Assembly: GCA_963718585.1 (NCBI GenBank)
Contig: OY970357.1
Span: forward strand, 1,052,459 to 1,084,458
Direction of reading: 5' to 3'
DNA length: 32,000 bases
Source: Candidatus Saccharimonadota bacterium
GTDB lineage: Bacteria; Patescibacteriota; Patescibacteriia; 2-12-FULL-60-25
Shown here piece after piece: positions 1 through 7,704 of this stretch; the first letter of the stretch is position 1, and each line of letters begins with the position of its first letter. The notes under the pieces are model-generated. The model saw nothing but the letters and a program-made list of their open reading frames with translations, was not told the DNA's origin and did no database searches. Position numbers and translations under genes: made by a program.

Positions 1-1313
1 CGGAGGTCTTTGGCGCGACGATCAATGGGACCGGGACGTTCACCCTGCGCGTGACCGTGGAATCCGGAAGATCCGCACTCGACGCGATCGTTGCGACCGT
101 GGACCATGCGCTTTCCACGAAGTCGCCGGTCGAGAAGCTTGTGGATCGTGTGTCGAGTGTGTTCGTTCCCGGGGTCATCCTTGCTGCGGTCATCACCTTC
201 ATCGCCTGGTTCTTTGTCGGCGTTCCCTTCGGTGAAGTGGTCCGTCATGCCGTCGCTGTCCTTATCGTGGCATGTCCATGCGCCATGGGGCTCGCGACTC
301 CGGCCGCGATCATGGTCGGGACCGGCGCTGGTGCGAAAAAAGGCATCCTCGTGAAAGACGGGTCTGCGCTCGAATCTGCGCGGAACATCCGGATGGTCAT
401 CTTCGACAAGACCGGTACCCTCACAGAAGGATCACCGACGGTCACGGATGTGATCCCGCATGGCGTTTCGGAAGAAGAACTGATCTCTGTCGCTGCGGCG
501 CTCGAGGGTGCGTCTGAACATCCCTTAGCCAAGGCCGTGCTTGCGGAGAGTGATCGTCGCGAACTTCCTCGCATCCGCGTGGAACACGTCGAAGCCATCC
601 CGGGACAAGGCGTAAAAGGCGTGGTCGATGGAATGCCGGCGTTGCTTGGAAAACCGGAATGGATCGCCGCGCAAGGCATACCGATGGACCCGTCAGGCGC
701 GGATGCCCTCCGGGCTAAGGCGAAGACCCTCATCGCAGTCGCGAAGAATGGCGCGTTCCTCGGACTCATCGCGGCCATGGATCGGCCAAAGGCAGACGCC
801 GCAGACGCCGTTCGTGCGTTGAAGGACGAAGGGATATCGACTGCGCTCCTGACGGGAGATCATCAAGAGACCGCAAATGCGATCGCAAAGGAGCTTGGGA
901 TCAAGACGGTCATCGCACAGGTGACGCCGACGCAAAAAGCGGATGAAGTGAAGAAGCTCCAGGCGAATGGACAAAAGGTCGCCTTCGTCGGCGACGGTCT
1001 GAACGACGCGCCCGCATTGGCACAAGCGGATCTCGGCATCGCGATCGGGACCGGGACGGACGTCGCCATCGCGACAGGCCAGATCGTGCTCATGTCCGGG
1101 TCGCCACGCAAAGCTGCGGAAGCCGTCCGCCTCGCGCGCCTGACGTTCCGCGCCATCAAGCAAAATCTCTTCTGGGCCTTCATCTATAATATCATCGGCA
1201 TCCCGCTTGCGGCATTCGGCATTCTGAAACCGATCGTCGCATCCTTTGCCATGGCCATGTCGAGCGTGAGCGTTCTCACGAATTCGCTTCGCGTCGCGAG
1301 GAAGATGCGTTGA
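1..1313 (+). CDS. copA: Heavy-metal (Cu+/Ag+-type) P1B ATPase, C-terminal ~435 aa; 5' end lies outside the window
   Basis: Reading frame is open back to position 3 (EVFGATINGTGTFTLRVT...). It carries the CPC translocation motif (VACPCAMGLATP), the DKTGT phosphorylation site (FDKTGTLT) and the GDGLNDAP hinge. Stop is at 1311-1313. Confidence 0.9.
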   Translation, partial: EVFGATINGTGTFTLRVTVESGRSALDAIVATVDHALSTKSPVEKLVDRVSSVFVPGVILAAVITFIAWFFVGVPFGEVVRHAVAVLIVACPCAMGLATPAAIMVGTGAGAKKGILVKDGSALESARNIRMVIFDKTGTLTEGSPTVTDVIPHGVSEEELISVAAALEGASEHPLAKAVLAESDRRELPRIRVEHVEAIPGQGVKGVVDGMPALLGKPEWIAAQGIPMDPSGADALRAKAKTLIAVAKNGAFLGLIAAMDRPKADAADAVRALKDEGISTALLTGDHQETANAIAKELGIKTVIAQVTPTQKADEVKKLQANGQKVAFVGDGLNDAPALAQADLGIAIGTGTDVAIATGQIVLMSGSPRKAAEAVRLARLTFRAIKQNLFWAFIYNIIGIPLAAFGILKPIVASFAMAMSSVSVLTNSLRVARKMR

Positions 1314-1321
1314 CCGGATAC

Positions 1322-1359
1322 AAAACGACCCCACTTCTCGTGAGAGGTGGGGTCGTTTT
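1322..1359. terminator. Bidirectional intrinsic terminator hairpin
   Basis: AAAACGACCCCAC / GTGGGGTCGTTTT form a 13-bp perfect stem around an 11-nt loop. A-run and T-run flanks sit between convergent genes. Confidence 0.7.
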
Positions 1360-1404
1360 CATTCCTGATCGTTCCTCTCTCCTCAGAGAAACGTTCGGGA
1401 GTGT

Positions 1405-1432
1405 GGCGGTACAGACGAGTGTCTGTACCGCC
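1405..1432 (-). terminator. Second hairpin directly after the lipoprotein gene stop
   Basis: GGCGGTACAGAC-gagt-GTCTGTACCGCC is a 12-bp perfect stem 7 nt from the stop at 1439. Confidence 0.5.
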
Positions 1433-1438
1433 GCTTCA

Positions 1439-1765
1439 TCACCGAGCGGCGACGAAGGTGTAGGCCGGCGCTTGGACGCACCGGTTGCCGCCGTTGGTCG
1501 TTGCGCCGGAGCACAACGTGTTGCGGGGCATGGCTGCCACCGGAGCGTGATGCTCGGTGGAACCGACGTTCGGGGTCCCGACGGTGATGTGGTACATCGC
1601 GGTCGGATCATCCGAGGTCGGCGGCGCCACGACGGTCTCGTGAGCCATGGCCATGGTCGGTGCCTTAGGCGCCTGAGCAGCAGTGGTACCGCAGCCGGCG
1701 GCGAGGCCGAGGGTGACGATGGCGAGGCTGATGAGACCGATCTTGTGGCTGATGGGGTTGTTCAT
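1439..1765 (-). CDS. Small lipoprotein (108 aa), Met/His-rich mature part, function unknown
   Basis: Signal peptide with lipobox (LGLAAGC). Mature region contains MAMAHE, AMYH, EHH and AAMP patches. A GAAGG sits upstream of the ATG. A consensus promoter lies upstream. Confidence 0.6.
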   Translation of the reverse strand: MNNPISHKIGLISLAIVTLGLAAGCGTTAAQAPKAPTMAMAHETVVAPPTSDDPTAMYHITVGTPNVGSTEHHAPVAAMPRNTLCSGATTNGGNRCVQAPAYTFVAAR

Positions 1766-1833
1766 GGAAGGTGCCTTCTTTCGTTGACGTTGACGTTGCG
1801 GTTGAGGTGAAAGAGTCTTCGATTTAACAAAGT

Positions 1834-1862
1834 ACTATAGCACGTATTGATACTTTTGTCAA
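1834..1862 (-). promoter_or_regulatory. Sigma70-type promoter for the lipoprotein gene
   Basis: Minus strand reads TTGACA-17 nt-TATAGT (-35 at 1857-1862, -10 at 1834-1839). Confidence 0.6.
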
Positions 1863-2053
1863 GTCTATCAGTAGCCATTTTATGGCTAAATTTAGCTAAT
1901 TTATGTTAGCTTTGTTAAGCTAATATTTACATCATTATTTCAGATGCTTCGTTCTTTGGCTCAATAGAGCCAAGGGTGCTGTTCTGCAGGAATTTTGAAG
2001 GCACTTGTGCCAATTTCTTTGTTGGAGTAAATTCCCAGTTACAAACTAGGAAT
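1863..2053. promoter_or_regulatory. AT-rich divergent control region with several palindromes (candidate operators) upstream of the Rrf2 gene
   Basis: Contains AGCCATtttATGGCT, TTAGCTAA, TTAGCTTtgttAAGCTAA, TTGGCTCaataGAGCCAA and GGCACttGTGCC. TACAAA lies 8 nt before the ATG at 2054. Confidence 0.4.
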
Positions 2054-2464
2054 ATGCCGAATCTCTTCCATGTTTCTGCGCGCGATCATGGCGCACTCAT
2101 CCTCATGACAGCCTTGGCGGAAGCGCATGCAACAGAGAGCTATCTCTCGTTGCAGGAGATCGCGGACCGCATGCGGCTGTCCCAGGGATATCTGGAAGAG
2201 ATCGCGCGGTCGCTGAAGACCGCAGGCTTGATCCAGGGGAAACAAGGGCCGAGCGGCGGGTACCGACTAGCGAAGGATCCGCAGGCGATCACGCTTGAGG
2301 CGATCCTGGTCGCCCTCGAAGGGCCGGTCGAGCTTGTAGACTGCCAGTCATCCGCGACGGGGTGTCCGGTCTCGGACCGGTGCGTTTCAAAAAACGTCTG
2401 GAATAGACTTCAAGAGACACTTCAAAAGACCTTGCGCGAGATGACGCTCGCGGAGGCGATCTGA
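2054..2464 (+). CDS. Rrf2-family transcriptional regulator (IscR-like)
   Basis: Start moved to the ATG at 2054 (MPNLFHVSARDHGALILMTALA, a typical Rrf2 N-terminus). Shows a wHTH pattern and three clustered Cys (C-x6-C-x5-C: CQSSATGCPVSDRC) as in cluster-binding Rrf2 proteins. Confidence 0.85.
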   Translation: MPNLFHVSARDHGALILMTALAEAHATESYLSLQEIADRMRLSQGYLEEIARSLKTAGLIQGKQGPSGGYRLAKDPQAITLEAILVALEGPVELVDCQSSATGCPVSDRCVSKNVWNRLQETLQKTLREMTLAEAI

Positions 2465-2467
2465 ATT

Positions 2468-3664
2468 ATGCATGAGACCTATCTTGATCACGCTGCGACG
2501 ACGTACGTTGACGAGCGTGTCCTGGACGCGATGTTGCCGTACTTCGCCGGCGTGTCCGCGAATCCGTCGTCTTTCCATACGCCGGGGATGCGCGCAAAAG
2601 AAGCGGTCGCCGATGCACGGGCATCGATCGGAAAGATCCTGAATAGCCGCGCGGATGAGATCATCTTCACGTCCGGTGGGACCGAGTCCGATAACCTCGC
2701 TGTGATGGGTATCATCCGTGCGCATGCGTCAAAGGGGAACCACGTCATCACGACGTCGATCGAACATCACGCCGTGCTCGAACCGTTGTTGCACGCGCAA
2801 AAGAAAAAAGAGATCGAGTTGACCATCCTTCCTGTTGATCGGGATGGCCGGGTGTCTGTGGCTGAGTTCGAAGCGGCGTTGCGTCCGGACACGGTCCTCG
2901 TGTCAGTGATGTATGCGAACAATGAGATCGGGACGATCGAGCCGATCGCGGATCTCGGTCGCGCGATCCTCAAGTGGCGGAAAGCACACGAGACGGCGTT
3001 GCCCTATTTTCATACGGATGCCTGTCAGGCGGCTGGTGCGTGCGATCTGGATGTTGAAAAGCTGCATGTCGATCTGCTGACGCTGAATGGATCCAAGATC
3101 TACGGCCCGAAAGGCGTTGGTGTCCTGTATGTTCGGCGTGGTACGAAGGTTGAGCCGCTCGTCCGCGGTGGCGGGCAGGAAAAGAACATTCGCGCCGGGA
3201 CGGAAAACGTGCCTGGGATCATTGGATTGTCGAAGGCACTTGAGTTGTCGCAGACGGAGAAGGGTGCAGAGAACGCGCGGCTCATCGCACTGCGCGATCG
3301 GCTCATCGATGGACTCCTCAAGATCCCGAAGACGCGGTTGAACGGTCATCGGACCGAACGTTTGCCGAACAATGCGAATATCTCGTTCCTCGATATCGAA
3401 GGGGAAGCGGCCGTGCTCTATCTCGATGCCGAGGGGATCTACTGTTCGACCGGATCGGCCTGCGCATCTGCATCGCTTGATCCGTCGCACGTCATCCTCG
3501 CGACCGGCCTTTCGTACGAAGGCGCACATGGATCACTTCGGTTCACTCTCGGCAAGCGGACGACCGACGCGGACGTCGAGCACGTTCTCGCGGTCATGCC
3601 CGGTGTGGTCGCAAAGCTCCGGCATATGAGTCCCGTCAATTTAGATATGAAATATTTTGCCTAG
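2468..3664 (+). CDS. nifS: Cysteine desulfurase (class V aminotransferase, NifS/IscS type)
   Basis: HTDACQAAG and the PLP-lysine region (LNGSKIYGPKGVGVLYV) are present. Active-site Cys loop is STGSACAS. Starts 4 nt after the Rrf2 stop. Confidence 0.9.
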   Translation: MHETYLDHAATTYVDERVLDAMLPYFAGVSANPSSFHTPGMRAKEAVADARASIGKILNSRADEIIFTSGGTESDNLAVMGIIRAHASKGNHVITTSIEHHAVLEPLLHAQKKKEIELTILPVDRDGRVSVAEFEAALRPDTVLVSVMYANNEIGTIEPIADLGRAILKWRKAHETALPYFHTDACQAAGACDLDVEKLHVDLLTLNGSKIYGPKGVGVLYVRRGTKVEPLVRGGGQEKNIRAGTENVPGIIGLSKALELSQTEKGAENARLIALRDRLIDGLLKIPKTRLNGHRTERLPNNANISFLDIEGEAAVLYLDAEGIYCSTGSACASASLDPSHVILATGLSYEGAHGSLRFTLGKRTTDADVEHVLAVMPGVVAKLRHMSPVNLDMKYFA

Positions 3665-3675
3665 CATCGCCAGCT

Positions 3676-3773
3676 GATCGCGACCTGCTCGGGCTTCGTC
3701 GTGGAATGCACTCATCGTACGTTTCAGTACGCCTCGTGCATTCCTCGCTCCAGCCCATCGCATCTCATCGATC
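3676..3773 (+). repeat. Copy A of a ~95-nt rod-like hairpin element (nifS-nifU spacer)
   Basis: Nested stems: GATCG/CGATC, GGGCT/AGCCC, GGAATGCAC/GTGCATTCC, CGTAC-gtttca-GTACG. Aligns along its length with 27397-27495. Confidence 0.6.
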
Positions 3774-3794
3774 TTCTGCCGATGCCCATCCCCT

Positions 3795-4475
3795 ATGACA
3801 TCACCTATCACCAAACCATCTCAAGACGCGCGCTCCGGCGACGTCGTCGCGACCTCCAAAGATAAAGGCTGGTTCTACACCGACACGGTCAAAGAACACT
3901 TCTTCCATCCGAAGAATTTCATGGAGGATGAAGCGGCCTATGCGGATGCGGCCATGGGCATGGTCGGATCGCCGGCCTGCGGCGACGCCATGAAGATCTG
4001 GATCAAGGTGGATCCGGTGGCCGAGCGCATCACGGACATGAAGTGGAAGACGTTCGGTTGCGGATCCGCGATCGCGTCCACGTCCATGATGTCCGTCATG
4101 GTGACAGAGAATGGCGGCGTCACGCTCGACGAAGCACGTAAGCTCCGGCCGCAAAACATCATGGAACGGCTTGGTGGTCTGCCGGCGCGTAAGGTCCATT
4201 GTTCCGTGCTCGGCGACAAAGCGCTGCGCGCCGCGATCAATGACTGGTATCGCAAGACCGGGAAGACGGACAAGATCGAGATCGAACAGGGTCGCGTCAT
4301 CGACAAGGTCTTGAAGGTCACGGATCATGATATCGAGGAAGCGGTGCTTGATGGGGCGGATACCCTGGAGAAGGTCCAAGCCAAGACCAAGGCCGGCACC
4401 GGTGATCCGTCATGCATTCCGGAAGTGGAGAACTTGATCCGATTTTACAAAGAGAAGTACTTCGGGGCAGAATGA
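3795..4475 (+). CDS. nifU: NifU-like Fe-S scaffold: IscU-type N-terminal domain plus a degenerate BFD-like central domain
   Basis: Shows IscU signatures (GSPACGDAMKIWIKV, FGCGSAIASTSM, HCSVLGDKALRAAINDW). The central region (VTDHDIEEAV...GTGDPSCIPEV) resembles the NifU 2Fe-2S domain but keeps only one Cys. Confidence 0.85.
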   Translation: MTSPITKPSQDARSGDVVATSKDKGWFYTDTVKEHFFHPKNFMEDEAAYADAAMGMVGSPACGDAMKIWIKVDPVAERITDMKWKTFGCGSAIASTSMMSVMVTENGGVTLDEARKLRPQNIMERLGGLPARKVHCSVLGDKALRAAINDWYRKTGKTDKIEIEQGRVIDKVLKVTDHDIEEAVLDGADTLEKVQAKTKAGTGDPSCIPEVENLIRFYKEKYFGAE

Positions 4476-4482
4476 CGTCGAT

Positions 4483-4707
4483 ATGACGATGAATGAACGA
4501 TTGGAACAACTGATCAACGGTCTCCGTCCCCCATTACTCATGCAGGGGCGTGATATTGCGTTGGCGGAAGCGACGGAAGAGCGGATCGGTGTTACGCTCT
4601 CCGGCTTTTGTACCGGCTGCGGCTGCTCGTCCGAGTATGTGGACGGGCTTCGTGAGATGTTGATGCAGCAATTCCCCGATCACGTCATCAGTGTCGAGGC
4701 AGTCTGA
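4483..4707 (+). CDS. Stand-alone Nfu / NifU C-terminal domain protein (74 aa)
   Basis: CxxC motif in typical context (LSGFCTGCGCSSEY). Size and position match the missing third NifU domain. Confidence 0.75.
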   Translation: MTMNERLEQLINGLRPPLLMQGRDIALAEATEERIGVTLSGFCTGCGCSSEYVDGLREMLMQQFPDHVISVEAV

Positions 4708-4708
4708 G

Positions 4709-4951
4709 ATGCCGGAGAAAAGACCATTGAAGATCGGGAAGATCGTGGTGGATCGTGACGCGTGCATCGGGGCGGCGCCATGTGTGACCGTCGCGCCTGG
4801 GGTGTTCCAACTCGACGACGAAGACAAGGCGATCATCTTGGACCCGCAGGGGGCAGATGATGAGACGATCCTGCTCGCGGCGCAGGCCTGTCCGGTCCAG
4901 GCGATCATTCTGTACGACGAGGAAGGGGGTCAGATCTATCCCGAGGAATAG
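4709..4951 (+). CDS. Small ferredoxin (single-cluster type)
   Basis: Cys pattern CIGAAPC...ACP is present (DRDACIGAAPCVTVAPGVF ... AAQACPVQAI). The ATG at 4709 follows the upstream stop directly. The GTG at 4691 is an alternative start. Confidence 0.75.
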   Translation: MPEKRPLKIGKIVVDRDACIGAAPCVTVAPGVFQLDDEDKAIILDPQGADDETILLAAQACPVQAIILYDEEGGQIYPEE

Positions 4952-4978
4952 AAAAACCCCGCCATGTGTGTGGCGGGG
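4952..4978 (-). terminator. Intrinsic terminator of the minus-strand gene 5002-6174
   Basis: CCCCGCCA-tgtgtg-TGGCGGGG with an AAAAA flank, which is a T-run on the minus strand. Confidence 0.6.
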
Positions 4979-5001
4979 TGAGGGAGAACTGACCAGAAGG
5001 G

Positions 5002-6174
5002 TCAGTATTTTTGTCCAGGAGGGGGTTCGAGGAAGTTGATCATCGTGATCCGATCCCCATCGCTTTCGGGCGCATCGTCTTCGCTGACGGATGCCGGCGT
5101 ACCGTGCCGGAGCGTCGCTGGCTCGTTCGCGTCGAAGGGCATGCCGGCTAGATCGATCTTGGGATCCCCAAGGTCAAGCGTGGGCATGCGTGCGCGATAT
5201 GGACGCTGTGAGCTTGGGTTCTGGAGCTGGGAAGACTCCAACAGGTCGTCGACCTCGTCTTGCACGTCGGGTGCGTCGAGTTCGGCGATGTCTTCACCAG
5301 AGATGGTGATCTCTGGTGCGTCATCGATCCGTTCTTCGACCGGCGTTGCCGAAGAGGGAGGCGAGAGTTTGCGCCACTCGTCCTCGAGCCCGAGGAGCGC
5401 CTGCGCCTCGAAGTCCGACAGGTCTTCGACCTTGATGCTGAATCGAGCAGTGAGCGACTCGATCGCTTTCCACCGGTTGGCTTCAGCGGCCTTGAGCCGT
5501 TCGAGCTCCGTGTAGGGTTCCAGCGACTCCGCGGTCATGTGTTGGAGTTCCTGGTCGAAGCCCTCGCGTGCTTCCTTGTTCGCTTGCACGAGGTTCCGGA
5601 TCGTCGCGCGTTGCTCGGCGCTCCGATTCTGGAGGATATTGAGTTCCATCCGCGTGGTCGCGAGTTCGCTCGCGATCGCCGCCGCATCCGCTTTTTGCTC
5701 GTTGATGCGGTACATTTCTTCCGCATTGCGGACGACGAGCTGCCGCAGGCGTGCCATGAGGCGGTCGTTCGTCCGCACGTATGCCTCGAAGAGGCCGGTG
5801 TACGCCTCGACGTTCTGCGGGAGCATGTCCGGCATGAACTCGATCACGATGACCTGGCTCACGGCCTTGTATCGGACCGGAGGGCCTCCCTCCTCTCTTC
5901 CGAAGAGCTTGCTCATGTTGAAGTGCTCTCCGAATTCGATCGTGCCAAGGCTCATCGTGCGATAGCCGGTCGGCGTGAGGACGTCCGTTTCGACGCGGAT
6001 CACGCCTTTACGAACGACGTACGCCGGATCATCCGGACCGCATGGGATGAGATCGCCTTCTGCGAAGGGGATATCATAGACCTTCGGCAACTCTCGCATC
6101 CGGCCCACAGCAGGCCGGTGGAGTGGAGTGACCTTCTTGGTCGGCTCCCCGTTCCGCTGCTTCGGACTGTTCAC
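5002..6174 (-). CDS. Hypothetical protein: N-terminal cNMP-binding-like beta-barrel, central coiled coil, acidic tail
   Basis: GTG start is preceded by AGGAGG at 6 nt. The N-terminal pattern (FAEGDLI...YVVRKGVIRVE...LGTIEFGEHF) resembles Crp/cNMP domains. Heptad-rich region spans about aa 140-260. Confidence 0.7.
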   Translation of the reverse strand: MNSPKQRNGEPTKKVTPLHRPAVGRMRELPKVYDIPFAEGDLIPCGPDDPAYVVRKGVIRVETDVLTPTGYRTMSLGTIEFGEHFNMSKLFGREEGGPPVRYKAVSQVIVIEFMPDMLPQNVEAYTGLFEAYVRTNDRLMARLRQLVVRNAEEMYRINEQKADAAAIASELATTRMELNILQNRSAEQRATIRNLVQANKEAREGFDQELQHMTAESLEPYTELERLKAAEANRWKAIESLTARFSIKVEDLSDFEAQALLGLEDEWRKLSPPSSATPVEERIDDAPEITISGEDIAELDAPDVQDEVDDLLESSQLQNPSSQRPYRARMPTLDLGDPKIDLAGMPFDANEPATLRHGTPASVSEDDAPESDGDRITMINFLEPPPGQKY

Positions 6175-6231
6175 GTTGGACCTCCTGGTTCAGGTGGAAA
6201 GGTACATTCGGCGCACATCGCCGAACAAAGG

Positions 6232-6260
6232 AATCTAGCCGAAAAAAGGCTTTTCGTCAA
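6232..6260 (-). promoter_or_regulatory. Sigma70-type promoter for 5002-6174
   Basis: Minus strand reads TTGACG-17 nt-TAGATT. A TTCGGCG-atgtg-CGCCGAA hairpin lies in the 5' UTR. Confidence 0.55.
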
Positions 6261-6323
6261 GGTTCCCTCACTCACACTATACGTCCAAAATCGAAAAAAG
6301 TGTCCTTTTTTAAGAAAAAGGGG

Positions 6324-7526
6324 TTAGCTATCGGCTTTTTCGAGGACCACGATCCGTCGGGCGACGCGTTGGCCTGGTCGCATATAGAGGAGAGGCCCAC
6401 CGGAAGCTTCCCACCCCTCGAGAGGATCGACGATCCGGTATCCGAGTCGCGGGAGATCATTCGTGAGATCGACACGCATGGTGCCATTGGATGTCTTGAA
6501 GCTGGGCCAGATGCACACGATGCGCGAATGCTTTTTGAGGATCGGCGAAAGAGACGTGAGCGCATCATTCCAGAGACGGGTGATCTCATTCGCATTTTCC
6601 TCCAGCGCGGCTTTCGATTCATGCCCGTGGAGCGGGGGACCGAGGTGACCTTCGGTCACGACACGGTCGATCGTCGAAGGTTGGATATATTCATTCAGTC
6701 TCCGCACATCTGAGGTGTAGAGTTTCGTGCGTGCCGAATCATCTTCGTGCAGGATCTTTTCATCGATCAGCCATTCCAGATTTTTTCGGCAGCTTGCGAT
6801 CTGTTTGTCGCTGATGTCGCTGCCGATGATCATGCCTGCATTCGTCGCTAGTGCGGCTTCCATGAGGATGGTCCCGTTCCCGCAAAAGGGGTCAAGGATC
6901 GTCCCGTTTTCTGGAGATTGTGCGAGATTTACCATCATGCGCGCGAGTTTCGGCGGAAGCATCCCACTGATCTCATCACGTGACGGACGCCCGTAATCCC
7001 GTGTGCTCCATGCATCCGCATCTTGGACGTGTGTCGTGAGCCCGACGGCGACCCGTCCGTTTTCAACGATCAGACAGATGTCGAGACCCGTATGGATGAG
7101 GTCGAGCTTCGCGACCGCCGCGGGAGAGAGCGGTGTGTTTCGTTCACCGGTCACCCAACGCGTGGAATGACCTTCAACCTTTAGAGACTTCTTAAAACGG
7201 ATCGCGCATTTTTCCAGTTGGGTTTGGAGCGATCGGGTGCCGCCGTACACGGACCAGCCGAAATCAAATGATCGTTTCGGGATCCGATCTGCAAGCATGT
7301 GGAAGATCTGTGCGGCGTCCGTATGTTCTGTCTCGATCTCCCCGACGATCTCTCCAAGTTTGATCGTCCCCCCTAATCTCATCATGAGATCATCTCCATT
7401 CCATTCAGGGTCTGTGATGAGAGCGACATGTCCCGCGATGATCGGTGGGTCGATATGTGGTCGGATGGCACGAAATTCGGCCAAGCTCAGCCGTGGATGG
7501 GTTCCAAATACCGTAAAGTGGCGCAT
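6324..7526 (-). CDS. SAM-dependent methyltransferase, UPF0020/Trm11-like (probable RNA methylase)
   Basis: Motif I is ILDPFCGNGTILMEAA. A variant motif IV (VVTEGHLGPP) replaces (D/N)PPY. An N-terminal ~190 aa non-catalytic domain is present. Confidence 0.75.
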   Translation of the reverse strand: MRHFTVFGTHPRLSLAEFRAIRPHIDPPIIAGHVALITDPEWNGDDLMMRLGGTIKLGEIVGEIETEHTDAAQIFHMLADRIPKRSFDFGWSVYGGTRSLQTQLEKCAIRFKKSLKVEGHSTRWVTGERNTPLSPAAVAKLDLIHTGLDICLIVENGRVAVGLTTHVQDADAWSTRDYGRPSRDEISGMLPPKLARMMVNLAQSPENGTILDPFCGNGTILMEAALATNAGMIIGSDISDKQIASCRKNLEWLIDEKILHEDDSARTKLYTSDVRRLNEYIQPSTIDRVVTEGHLGPPLHGHESKAALEENANEITRLWNDALTSLSPILKKHSRIVCIWPSFKTSNGTMRVDLTNDLPRLGYRIVDPLEGWEASGGPLLYMRPGQRVARRIVVLEKADS

Positions 7527-7704
7527 GCCGACATGCTAGCAGGGATTGACAGCCTGTGAAACTTGACATGGACGCTAATGTATGATGCATTAAGCCATCC
7601 GTCATGGTGTGGTTCATGGCTAGAAATAGCCAAAAACCGCCGACGGCGGCCCGAACTTTTCCAGACGAACCAACCCACAACGAACACAAAAGGAGAGAGG
7701 TATC

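Noticed and set aside
5260-6327. 355-aa + strand ORF, plus 5036-5515 and 5537-5965
   Set aside because: They are antisense shadows of the 5002-6174 gene. That gene has an AGGAGG-GTG start, its own promoter and its own terminator. The translations are Arg-rich and low in complexity.
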